From an uncultured bacterium (GTDB lineage Bacteria > CAIJMQ01): a stretch of 25,972 bases of DNA. The notes under the pieces are model-generated. The model was given only the letters and a program-made list of their open reading frames with translations. It was not told the origin of the DNA and searched no databases. Made by a program: the position numbers and the translations under genes. The stretch spans positions 1 through 25,972 of the forward strand of contig CAZNJA010000016.1 of assembly GCA_964573245.1 (NCBI GenBank), in the 5' to 3' direction. Of this stretch, positions 18,587 to 25,847 are shown piece by piece (the stretch's first letter is position 1; each line of letters begins with the position of its first letter).

Positions 18587-18684
18587 ACTTATATACCTTG
18601 AATTTGACAAAGAATTCTTAATACCTCCCGTAAGAAAACTGTCGGCTGATAATATTTCCAGTGTCTGCTACCTGCGACCTGATA

Positions 18685-18825
18685 TTAATCTACGGAGATT
18701 CTTTTTCTCCCTTTTTTCCTACGTCGGGCTAACACTTTCCTGCCGTTTTTACTCTCTAATCTTTTCAGAAAGCCATGAGTTCTTTTTCTTTTCCTTTTTG
18801 ATGGCTGATAAGTTCTTTTAGTCAT
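18685..18825 (-). CDS. rpmH: 50S ribosomal protein L34 (not in the ORF track)
   Basis: Manual translation [53 protein letters not shown]. Confidence 0.97.
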   Translation of the reverse strand: MTKRTYQPSKRKRKRTHGFLKRLESKNGRKVLARRRKKGRKRISVD

Positions 18826-18854
18826 TCTTTTCTCCTGTCACTTATTAGTTAGGT

Positions 18855-18884
18855 ATTATAAGATAAACCTCTGCCAATCGTCAA
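18855..18884 (-). promoter_or_regulatory. Putative sigma70 promoter of rpmH
   Basis: TTGACG (18884-18879), 18 nt spacer, TATAAT (18860-18855). Confidence 0.7.
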
Positions 18885-19008
18885 ACCTATGCACGTAGAA
18901 TAGAAGGAAGGCGGTTTGAACCAGGATCAAACGAAAGGATATGAAAGGTATATCGATTTTTACAAAAAATCTTACTCATCTTGCCTGTTCTTTATGGTTT
19001 ATTGGTGC

Positions 19009-19659
19009 CTAAACTCTCAATTTGTTTATATCGCTTTCTTTACCAATAACCATCAAGACGCTGTCCGGTTTTATCTTGACATCAGCCTCAGGTATCAAAT
19101 GGAGTGTGTCCTGTAGCACATCCTTTACGGCAATTACCTCTATATTGTATTTACTGCGCAATTGGAGTTCCTTCAATGATTTCCCGACAAAATCGTCAGG
19201 AACGGCGATTTCCATTATGCTGTATTCGGGGGCGAGAGGTATATGCTCTATGAGATTGGGCATTGTTAACCTTTGGGCCAGCCTTACAGCCTCTTCCTTT
19301 TCTGGATAAATCACTTCCATGGCTCCTATTAATTTTAATATTTGTCCGTGGTCGTCATTTATTGCTTTTACAATAATTTTCTTGACTCCCAACTCCTTTA
19401 AATAAAGTGTGGTCAAGATACTCGCTTCTATTTTATCTCCTAAACTAATAATAGCCGCATCGATGTCGCTGCTTATGATCTCGGATAAGGCGTCTTTTTC
19501 TTTGACATTAGCAGCAACTGCCTGCGTTACTTTGTCTTTAATTTGTTCGATTTTTTTACTGTTCGCGTCGATAGCTAACACTTCGTTATTCTGTTCGAAC
19601 AAGGAAACTGCCACATTGTATCCGAAATTACCCAAACCTATAACAACAAATTGTCCCAT
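19009..19659 (-). CDS. ktrA: KtrA/TrkA potassium uptake regulatory subunit (RCK_N + RCK_C); likely start ATG 19659
   Basis: FVVIGLGNFG, VLAID, VIYPEKE and GKSLKELQLR; SD GGAGGA. Confidence 0.93.
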   Translation of the reverse strand: MGQFVVIGLGNFGYNVAVSLFEQNNEVLAIDANSKKIEQIKDKVTQAVAANVKEKDALSEIISSDIDAAIISLGDKIEASILTTLYLKELGVKKIIVKAINDDHGQILKLIGAMEVIYPEKEEAVRLAQRLTMPNLIEHIPLAPEYSIMEIAVPDDFVGKSLKELQLRSKYNIEVIAVKDVLQDTLHLIPEADVKIKPDSVLMVIGKESDINKLRV

Positions 19660-19672
19660 TTTATCCTCCATT

Positions 19673-19771
19673 GCCTGCCGAGGCCTAAAGGCGAAGGCAG
19701 ACTTCCTTCGTCCCTATCATTCGTTTCGCTTTGGTGAAACAAGGAACGAACCAAAACGGAACAGTAGGGAC
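19673..19771. repeat. Cluster of REP-like hairpins in the ktrB-ktrA spacer
   Basis: GCCTGCCGAGGCC-TAAA-GGCGAAGGCAGAC (19673-19702) and GTCCCTA...TAGGGAC (19710-19771). Confidence 0.55.
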
Positions 19772-19775
19772 TTAA

Positions 19776-21125
19776 TTATCCTACCAAAACATCTGCTTCG
19801 GAATATTTAAACTTTGACGGTTTTGGTTTACCAACAAGCGAAAAACCAATAGCCAACGGTCCCATTCTTCCGACCAACATTGTAATGGATATAACTATCT
19901 TGCCAATATTACTAAGAGACGAAGTTACTCCAGTGGATAAACCCACGTTACTCAAAGCGGATACTACCTCAAATACAACCTGCAGAAAAGCGGCTTTTTC
20001 TGTGAATACCAATATTCCCGTAGCAAGAACTACCCATAAAACAGCAATAGCACTTATTGCAAAAACTTTATTTACTATCTGTGCAGGGATTCTTCTTTTA
20101 AAAAGGTTGATATCTCCTTTCCCAGTCAAAAGAGAGAAAAGAAACATCAATATTACCCCAAAAGCCACTGTTTTAATACCAGCTCCTGTTCCTCCCGGAG
20201 ATGCTCCTACAAACATTAATAATACTATTACAAAAAGGCTTGGGGAGCTCATTGCTCTGATGTTAATTGTGTTGAACCCCGTTGTAGTGGAAGCAGAGAT
20301 TGATTGAAAAGCAGAACTCAATAGTCTTTCGTTTAAAGAATACGTTTGATACCCCTTTTCTGACACAAAAATAATCACCGCTCCAAATAGGATAAGAGTC
20401 ATTGTTATCAACAAAACGAATTTACTGTGGACGGTTAGAGCAAGCCGTTTCTTAGTTTCGATGGCTTTCTTGCCTGAAGCGTAAATATCATATAATACGA
20501 AAAACCCAATGGCGCCCGCGATACAAACAAAATTGATAATTAAATTTATAGCAGTGTTTCCCCGATATGGACTGAAACTTGTCGAAAAAAGACTAAAACC
20601 CGCAGTGCAGAAAGCCGAAACCGAGTGAAAAATCCCGTGCAATAGCGCTCTCTTGAAAGGGAAAAAATTAGTCCAATAGAGAGTCAAGAATGTTGCTCCG
20701 ATAAGCTCAATAACAAAAGTGAAAACAATCACCACCTTTACGAATTTAAACATATTCATTGAACTGGGATGTGCTAAAGATTCGTTCAGAAGAACTCTGC
20801 CGTTAAAAGATATCCGTCTGCCTACACCCAAAATGATTAAGGCAATAAAAATCATATACCCCAGACCGCAAACTTGAATGAGAGTAAGAATAACCATTTG
20901 ACCAAAAAAAGAGTAAAAACTGCCTGTATCTGCAACTATCAACCCTGTAGTTGTAACTGCGGAAGTGGAGGTAAATAAAACATCGACCAATGGTTGGGGA
21001 ATGTTTCCGGATGTAGCAATGGGCAGAGAAAGCAAAATCATTCCCACCACAATCATCAAAATAAACCCCATTAGCAGGGTTTGGGCAGGCGTAATCGTTT
21101 TCCAAAATTTTTGAGAATTTATCAT
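19776..21125 (-). CDS. ktrB: KtrB/TrkH potassium uptake membrane subunit
   Basis: Four pore-loop motifs each with the filter Gly (SAVTTTGL, SAFCTAGF, SASTTTGF, SALSNVGL), plus GASPGGTGAGIK and GRMGPL. Confidence 0.95.
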   Translation of the reverse strand: MINSQKFWKTITPAQTLLMGFILMIVVGMILLSLPIATSGNIPQPLVDVLFTSTSAVTTTGLIVADTGSFYSFFGQMVILTLIQVCGLGYMIFIALIILGVGRRISFNGRVLLNESLAHPSSMNMFKFVKVVIVFTFVIELIGATFLTLYWTNFFPFKRALLHGIFHSVSAFCTAGFSLFSTSFSPYRGNTAINLIINFVCIAGAIGFFVLYDIYASGKKAIETKKRLALTVHSKFVLLITMTLILFGAVIIFVSEKGYQTYSLNERLLSSAFQSISASTTTGFNTINIRAMSSPSLFVIVLLMFVGASPGGTGAGIKTVAFGVILMFLFSLLTGKGDINLFKRRIPAQIVNKVFAISAIAVLWVVLATGILVFTEKAAFLQVVFEVVSALSNVGLSTGVTSSLSNIGKIVISITMLVGRMGPLAIGFSLVGKPKPSKFKYSEADVLVG

Positions 21126-21141
21126 GGTATTAAGTAATAAT

Positions 21142-21180
21142 ACAGAATACAGATATAAAAATATCTTCTGTTATCTATTT
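21142..21180. repeat. Short inverted heptamer array just 3' of tRNA-Pro
   Basis: ACAGAAT ACAGATA ... TCTGTTA TCTATTT; homologous to 1088-1145. Confidence 0.55.
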
Positions 21181-21187
21181 TTTTTAT

Positions 21188-21266
21188 TGGTCGGGGCGAC
21201 TGGATTCGAACCAGCGACCTCTTGAACCCCATTCAAGCGCGCTAAACCAAACTGCGCCACGCCCCG
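21188..21266 (-). tRNA. tRNA-Pro(GGG) with encoded CCA
   Basis: CGGGGCG-TG-GCGC-AGTTTGGTTTA-GCGC-G-CTTGA-ATGGGGT-TCAAG-AGGTC-GCTGG-TTCGAAT-CCAGT-CGCCCCG-ACCA forms a full cloverleaf, 79 nt. Confidence 0.98.
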
Positions 21267-21273
21267 ATGCAAT

Positions 21274-21449
21274 ATTAAAAATCAAAAATCAAATATCAAA
21301 AATTACAAACAAAATATTCTTTTTTGAGAAAATTTTAAATTTTAATATGTCATTTTGCCCCGAGAAATCCAGAGGATTTCCGGGACTCAGTCCCTGAAAT
21401 TGTTTCACGATTTCTAGGGGCGTTTTGATTTTTGAATTTTGCATTTCTA
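21274..21449. repeat. AT-rich inverted heptamer array (ATCAAAA/TTTTGAT, family C)
   Basis: ATTAAAA ATCAAAA ATCAAAT ATCAAAA ... TTTTG[insert]TTTTGAT TTTTGAA TTTTGCA. Confidence 0.75.
21357..21421. mobile_element. Hairpin-doublet MITE/REPIN-like element (family B)
   Basis: GCCCCGAGAAATCC-AGA-GGATTTCCGGG, ACTCAGT spacer, CCCTGAAATTG-TTTCA-CGATTTCTAGGGGC; 21389-21419 is the exact reverse complement of 25886-25916. Confidence 0.75.
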
Positions 21450-21451
21450 TG

Positions 21452-21772
21452 TTATCTATTTATTATTTCAAATATCTCTTCAAGTTCTTTTTTTACAAGA
21501 TTGACCGTGTTTTTTATGTTTTCCGAATTTTCTTCCTTTTGCGTTCCTTTTATCTTTTTTTTGACACCTGCTGCTTTATATTTTTTGTCATATATTAAAT
21601 CTTTTATCTTTTTTATCAACTCTAAATCAGTATTTTTGTATCTTCTTTTACCGCGAGAGTCCTTTTCGGGACGGACAAGGCCATATTCTTTTTCCCAATA
21701 ACGGATGGTGTAGGGAGGAACTCCGGCATATTCGCTTGCTTCTCGAATAGAATAGAATAATTTTGAATTCAT
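21452..21772 (-). CDS. MerR-family HTH transcriptional regulator
   Basis: YSIREASEYAGV...TIRYWEKE...RRY; the merR-like gene followed by tRNA-Pro(GGG) is a familiar synteny. Confidence 0.9.
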   Translation of the reverse strand: MNSKLFYSIREASEYAGVPPYTIRYWEKEYGLVRPEKDSRGKRRYKNTDLELIKKIKDLIYDKKYKAAGVKKKIKGTQKEENSENIKNTVNLVKKELEEIFEIINR

Positions 21773-21795
21773 ACCAACCCGCCTTTCTGCTGCAA

Positions 21796-23130
21796 TTAAC
21801 CCCTTCCAACGGGAATATACTTAAAGCCCATACGTTTCATCTTGTTTGGGTCATATAAATTGCGCCCATCCGCTATTATCGGCCTCTTGAGCAAAGATTT
21901 GATTTTTAACAAGTCCGGGTTTCTAAAATCCTTCCATTCGGTAAGAATAAGCAGGGCATCTGCCCCTTTTATCGCTTCATAAGGAGAATTGACGTAAATA
22001 ATACTGGGAAATATTTTCTTCATATTATCCATAGTTTTAGGGTCAAACGCGCGAATATTTTTCACTTTTCTCTTCAGAAGTTCTTCTATAATATAGATAG
22101 CCGGCGCCTCTCTTATATCATCCGTTTCAGGCTTAAAGGACAACCCCCACACTGCAATTGTTTTGCCTGCAAATCCCGCCTGTTTGCTACGATGTAGCAT
22201 CGGAGTGGGCGGGTCTTCAAGGGCTTTTTCTATCCGCTTGATAAAGTGTGCTCTGCGTTCTGTGTTTATATTGCGGACTTCTTCAAGCAATTTAAAATTG
22301 CAACCGCTTTTTTTACCTATGTGAATGAAAGCTGACATGTCTTTTGGGAAACACGAACCGCCGTAACCGATACCCGCTTTCAAAAAGTCCTCTCCGATAC
22401 GTTTATCAAGCCCTATACCTTTTGCGACTTTTACGACATCTGCACCTGTTTTTTCGCATAGATTCGCCAACATGTTCGCAAACGATATTTTCGTTGCAAG
22501 GAACGAATTTGATGCGTGCTTTATAAGTTCTGCGGATTTTATGTCAGTTATAAGAATTGGTGCGTTAAGTGGCGAATAAAGTTGAACGAGTTCGGATGCC
22601 GCTCTCTGCGAAGATACGCCGATTATAATTCTATCGGGATGAATAAAATCATGTATGGCGGCTCCTTCCCTTAAAAATTCCGGGTTGGATGCCACATCGA
22701 ACCGGACTCCTTTTGGGGCCTGCTTATTTAAAGTTTTTAAAATCCATTCGCCTGTTTCAACCGGGACTGTAGACTTTTCCACCACGAGTTTATACCCGTT
22801 AAGCGCCTTTGCAATTTGAGAAGCGGTTTTTTTGACTGCGGACATATCAACTTCGCCTGTTTTGCGAGATGGTGTGCTAACACATATAAATATTATTTGC
22901 GAAGCCAAGACAGCACCAATAGTATCCCCTGAAAACGATAGCCGACCTTCAATATGATTAGTATACACCAACTTGTCCAATCCAGGTTCGTAAAATGGGA
23001 TGTTGCCCCCTTTTAGCACTTGCAACTTCTTCTTGTCATGGTCTACGCATATCACATCGTGACCCAACTCTGCAAAACATGCTCCTGTAACCAAACCAAC
23101 ATGTCCTGCTCCAATAACTGCTATTTTCAT
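21796..23130 (-). CDS. ugd: UDP-glucose/GDP-mannose 6-dehydrogenase
   Basis: GAGHVG, EKSTVP, NPEFLREG, catalytic GYGGSCFPKD and WGLSFKPETDDIRE. Confidence 0.95.
   Translation of the reverse strand: MKIAVIGAGHVGLVTGACFAELGHDVICVDHDKKKLQVLKGGNIPFYEPGLDKLVYTNHIEGRLSFSGDTIGAVLASQIIFICVSTPSRKTGEVDMSAVKKTASQIAKALNGYKLVVEKSTVPVETGEWILKTLNKQAPKGVRFDVASNPEFLREGAAIHDFIHPDRIIIGVSSQRAASELVQLYSPLNAPILITDIKSAELIKHASNSFLATKISFANMLANLCEKTGADVVKVAKGIGLDKRIGEDFLKAGIGYGGSCFPKDMSAFIHIGKKSGCNFKLLEEVRNINTERRAHFIKRIEKALEDPPTPMLHRSKQAGFAGKTIAVWGLSFKPETDDIREAPAIYIIEELLKRKVKNIRAFDPKTMDNMKKIFPSIIYVNSPYEAIKGADALLILTEWKDFRNPDLLKIKSLLKRPIIADGRNLYDPNKMKRMGFKYIPVGRG
22175..22213. repeat. GC-rich palindrome (family A) inserted in frame in ugd
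   Basis: CCCGCCTGTTTGCTACGATG-TAG-CATCGGAGTGGGCGGG, 39 nt, encoding PPTPMLHRSKQAG. Confidence 0.8.
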
Positions 23131-23212
23131 TTATTCACTCCAATGGTGTCAGACTTTTCTGCCCCAATGTATAGCCGGAACACCCCGACTTAGCGTTGGG
23201 CATTGTCTGTCT

Positions 23213-24556
23213 TTATAAAATATACCTCGACAAATTTTTGTCTTTTGCTATATCTTTTAATTTATCCCTAACATATTTTCTATTGATGTTAATTTTTTTA
23301 CCTTTCAGTTCCGGGCCCTGAAAAGAAATGTCTTCCACAACTTTTTCCATTATTGTATGAAGTCTTCTTGCTCCTATATTCTCAGTTTGCTCATTTACGG
23401 TTTGCGCAATAGAGGATAATTCATCCACAGCATCCGTCGCAAATTTTACATTTATTCCCTCAGTCTTAAGAAGCGCCGTATATTGTTTAATCAAAGAATT
23501 ATCCGGCTCTATCAATATTCTCTTGAGATCCTCTCTGCTTAGACTTTTAAGTTCCACTCTTATCGGAAATCTGCCCTGTAGTTCCGGAATTAAATCAGAA
23601 GGCTTCTTTGCATGAAACGCGCCTGCGGCAATGAATAAAATATGGTCGGTCTTCGCCATGCCGTATTTTGTGGTAACCGTCGTGCCCTCTATGATAGGCA
23701 AAAGGTCTCTTTGAACGCCTTCTCTGGAAATATCAGGGCCATGTGCTGATTCTCTGCCTGCTACTTTATCTATTTCGTCAATAAAAATAATACCCGAATT
23801 TTCCGCTCTTAATATACCTTCTTTAATAACAGCATCTATATCAAGCAGTTTATCTACTTCTTCGGCTATGAGAATTCTCCGTGCCTCTGCCACAGTTGCT
23901 TTTCTGTTTTTCTTCTGCGGAGACATTGCCTTACCAAACATCTCCTGGAAATTTATTCCAAATTCTTCTATCCCCGAAGAAGAGAAAATTTCAATTAACG
24001 GCATGGCGCTTTTTTTAACTTCAAGCTCAACTATTCTGTCATCTAATTTGCCGTCCAAAAGTTGCGCTTTCATTTTCCCGCGCACCCTTTTTCTCTGCGC
24101 TTCCGCTTCCTTATCTTCTGTCGAATTCGCCTTGCGCAGAGGTGGGATAAGTAAGTCCAAAATTCTTTCTTCAGCTAATTCCTTAGCTTTAGCTTCGACT
24201 TCTTTTCTTTTTTCGGCTTTTACCATATTGGCAGATATATCCACCAGATCGCGCACCATCGATTCTACGTCTCTGCCGACATATCCGACTTCGGTATATT
24301 TTGACGCTTCTACTTTTAAGAACGGCGCTTGGGCTAAACGCGCCAATCTGCGAGCGATCTCGGTTTTTCCTATACCGGTCGACCCAATCATAATAATATT
24401 TTTCGGAGCAACCTCGTCGCGTAAATCCTGCGACAGTTTTTGTCTCCTCCAACGGTTACGCAAAGCAATAGCCACACATTTTTTCGCTTCGTTTTGTCCG
24501 ATTATATATTTGTCCAACGACGCGACAACTTCTCTTGGAGTAAGAACTTCGCTCAT
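23213..24556 (-). CDS. hslU: ATP-dependent protease ATPase subunit HslU
   Basis: LTPRE, Walker A GSTGIGKT, pore motif [28 protein letters not shown] and C-terminal LSRYIL. Confidence 0.98.
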   Translation of the reverse strand: MSEVLTPREVVASLDKYIIGQNEAKKCVAIALRNRWRRQKLSQDLRDEVAPKNIIMIGSTGIGKTEIARRLARLAQAPFLKVEASKYTEVGYVGRDVESMVRDLVDISANMVKAEKRKEVEAKAKELAEERILDLLIPPLRKANSTEDKEAEAQRKRVRGKMKAQLLDGKLDDRIVELEVKKSAMPLIEIFSSSGIEEFGINFQEMFGKAMSPQKKNRKATVAEARRILIAEEVDKLLDIDAVIKEGILRAENSGIIFIDEIDKVAGRESAHGPDISREGVQRDLLPIIEGTTVTTKYGMAKTDHILFIAAGAFHAKKPSDLIPELQGRFPIRVELKSLSREDLKRILIEPDNSLIKQYTALLKTEGINVKFATDAVDELSSIAQTVNEQTENIGARRLHTIMEKVVEDISFQGPELKGKKININRKYVRDKLKDIAKDKNLSRYIL

Positions 24557-25077
24557 AATTCTGCCACCTCAATCTCTTTATTGGTATAAATACAAACGGT
24601 AGAAGCTGTAAGAATCGCTTCCTTTACAATATCTTTTGCCTTGAGATTAGAATGTTTAATCAAGACTCTTGCCGCAACTAAAGCGTAAGAGCCACCCGAG
24701 CCAATAGCAATGATTCCGTCATCCGGCTCCATTACGTCTCCGTTACCCGAAAGCAAAAAACTCTTTTCCTTGTCCGCTACGACAAGTAGCGCTTCAAGTT
24801 TTCTCAAGACCCTATCTGTCCTCCAGTCTTTTGCCAATTCCAAAGCAGCTCTTTTTAAATTTCCGCTGAATGCTTCTAATTTTGCCTCAAATCTCTCAAA
24901 TAAAGTAAAAGCGTCTGCTGTTGAACCTGCAAATCCCGCAAGTATCTTATTACCATACATTTTTCGTATTTTCTTGGCTTTATGCTTCAAAATTGTATGT
25001 TGCAAAGTGACCTGACCGTCTCCGCCAATAGCCACCTCACCCTTGTGTCTTACTATTACAATCGTTGTGGCATGCAT
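24553..25077 (-). CDS. hslV: ATP-dependent protease peptidase subunit HslV
   Basis: MHATTI (Thr nucleophile), [24 protein letters not shown] and AIGSGG; SD GGAGGA. Confidence 0.98.
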   Translation of the reverse strand: MHATTIVIVRHKGEVAIGGDGQVTLQHTILKHKAKKIRKMYGNKILAGFAGSTADAFTLFERFEAKLEAFSGNLKRAALELAKDWRTDRVLRKLEALLVVADKEKSFLLSGNGDVMEPDDGIIAIGSGGSYALVAARVLIKHSNLKAKDIVKEAILTASTVCIYTNKEIEVAEL

Positions 25078-25089
25078 TATTTAATCCTC

Positions 25090-25119
25090 CCCGCCTGCCT
25101 TACAGAGGCAAACAATTGG
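25090..25119. repeat. Family A palindrome remnant in the hslV 5' UTR
   Basis: Reverse complement TGTTTGCC-TCTGTAA-GGCAGGCGGG parallels the ugd copy TGTTTGCT...AGTGGGCGGG. Confidence 0.55.
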
Positions 25120-25123
25120 TTTA

Positions 25124-25134
25124 ATTATAACACA
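25124..25134 (-). promoter_or_regulatory. Putative extended -10 promoter of hslVU
   Basis: TGTGTTATAAT on the minus strand; no recognisable -35. Confidence 0.5.
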
Positions 25135-25221
25135 AGGGGTTGTTAATTTTTAGATTGGATATGCCTTTACAAACTTTAAAATTAATAATTAAAAACGAAA
25201 GTTTGGGTTTAGGGTTTTATA

Positions 25222-25803
25222 TTAAAGTAGTAATTTCTCGCCGATTTCGGAAGCTTTTTTCAAACAATCAGATTTTTTGTTTATAGCGTCTTTACTGTCA
25301 ACGTCGGAGCAGAGGAGTTCTAACTTATAGTTGGTGCCGATGGTCGCAAATAAATTCTTTACTATTGACTTTGCGTTTTTAAAAAAATCCTTCTTGTCGG
25401 AGGCTTCAACGCATATAAAAGCGCCTGCTTTTTTATTTTTTGATTTATACGTCTTGAATATGTTTTTCGCAAGCCATAAACATTGGAAACGGTCTATAAA
25501 CATTTTCGTCTGCGCTGAAACGCTTCCGAAGAATATGGGAGATGCCAAAACTATCGCGTCTGCATCTTCTATTTCTGAAAATATTTTTTGCCAGTCGTCT
25601 TTTATGATACAGATGCCGTCTCTGCGGATATTTTCGCATTCTTGGCAGGGAGAAAATTTAAGTTTGTTCAAAACAAATTTTTTTACATCAGCACCCTTGT
25701 TTTTAGCCGAATCCAAAACTTTGTCTAAAAGGATTTCCGTGTTTCCGTCTCTTCTGGGGCTCCCCAATATCCCGATTATTTTTTTTGGTTTTTTTTCTTC
25801 CAT
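25222..25803 (-). CDS. Flavodoxin-like NAD(P)H-dependent FMN reductase / iron-sulfur flavoprotein (Isf-like)
   Basis: GSPRRDGNTE, PCQEC...C.IKDD and ADAIVLASPIFFG.VSAQTKMFIDR. Confidence 0.88.
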   Translation of the reverse strand: MEEKKPKKIIGILGSPRRDGNTEILLDKVLDSAKNKGADVKKFVLNKLKFSPCQECENIRRDGICIIKDDWQKIFSEIEDADAIVLASPIFFGSVSAQTKMFIDRFQCLWLAKNIFKTYKSKNKKAGAFICVEASDKKDFFKNAKSIVKNLFATIGTNYKLELLCSDVDSKDAINKKSDCLKKASEIGEKLLL

Positions 25804-25847
25804 TTTTTATATTTGATTTTTGCTATATATTTTTAACTTTTTATTTT
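25804..25847. repeat. Degenerate T-rich heptamer arm (family C)
   Basis: TTTTTAT ATTTGAT TTTTGCT ... TTTTAAC TTTTTAT, similar to the right arm of 21274-21449. Confidence 0.4.

Noticed and set aside
18830-19008. oriC upstream of rpmH
   Set aside because: No DnaA-box cluster seen, no dnaA, and the spacer is short and largely explained by the rpmH promoter.
23184-23200. Small hairpin CCCGAC-TTAGC-GTTGGG between hslU and ugd
   Set aside because: Only a 6-bp stem, no U-tract and no second copy in the window; not enough to call a terminator or repeat.
23868-24602. 244-aa plus-strand ORF, and the other plus-strand ORFs in the track
   Set aside because: They lie antisense to well-conserved genes (here hslU), are Ser/Phe/Leu-rich as expected for shadow frames, and show no recognisable motifs.
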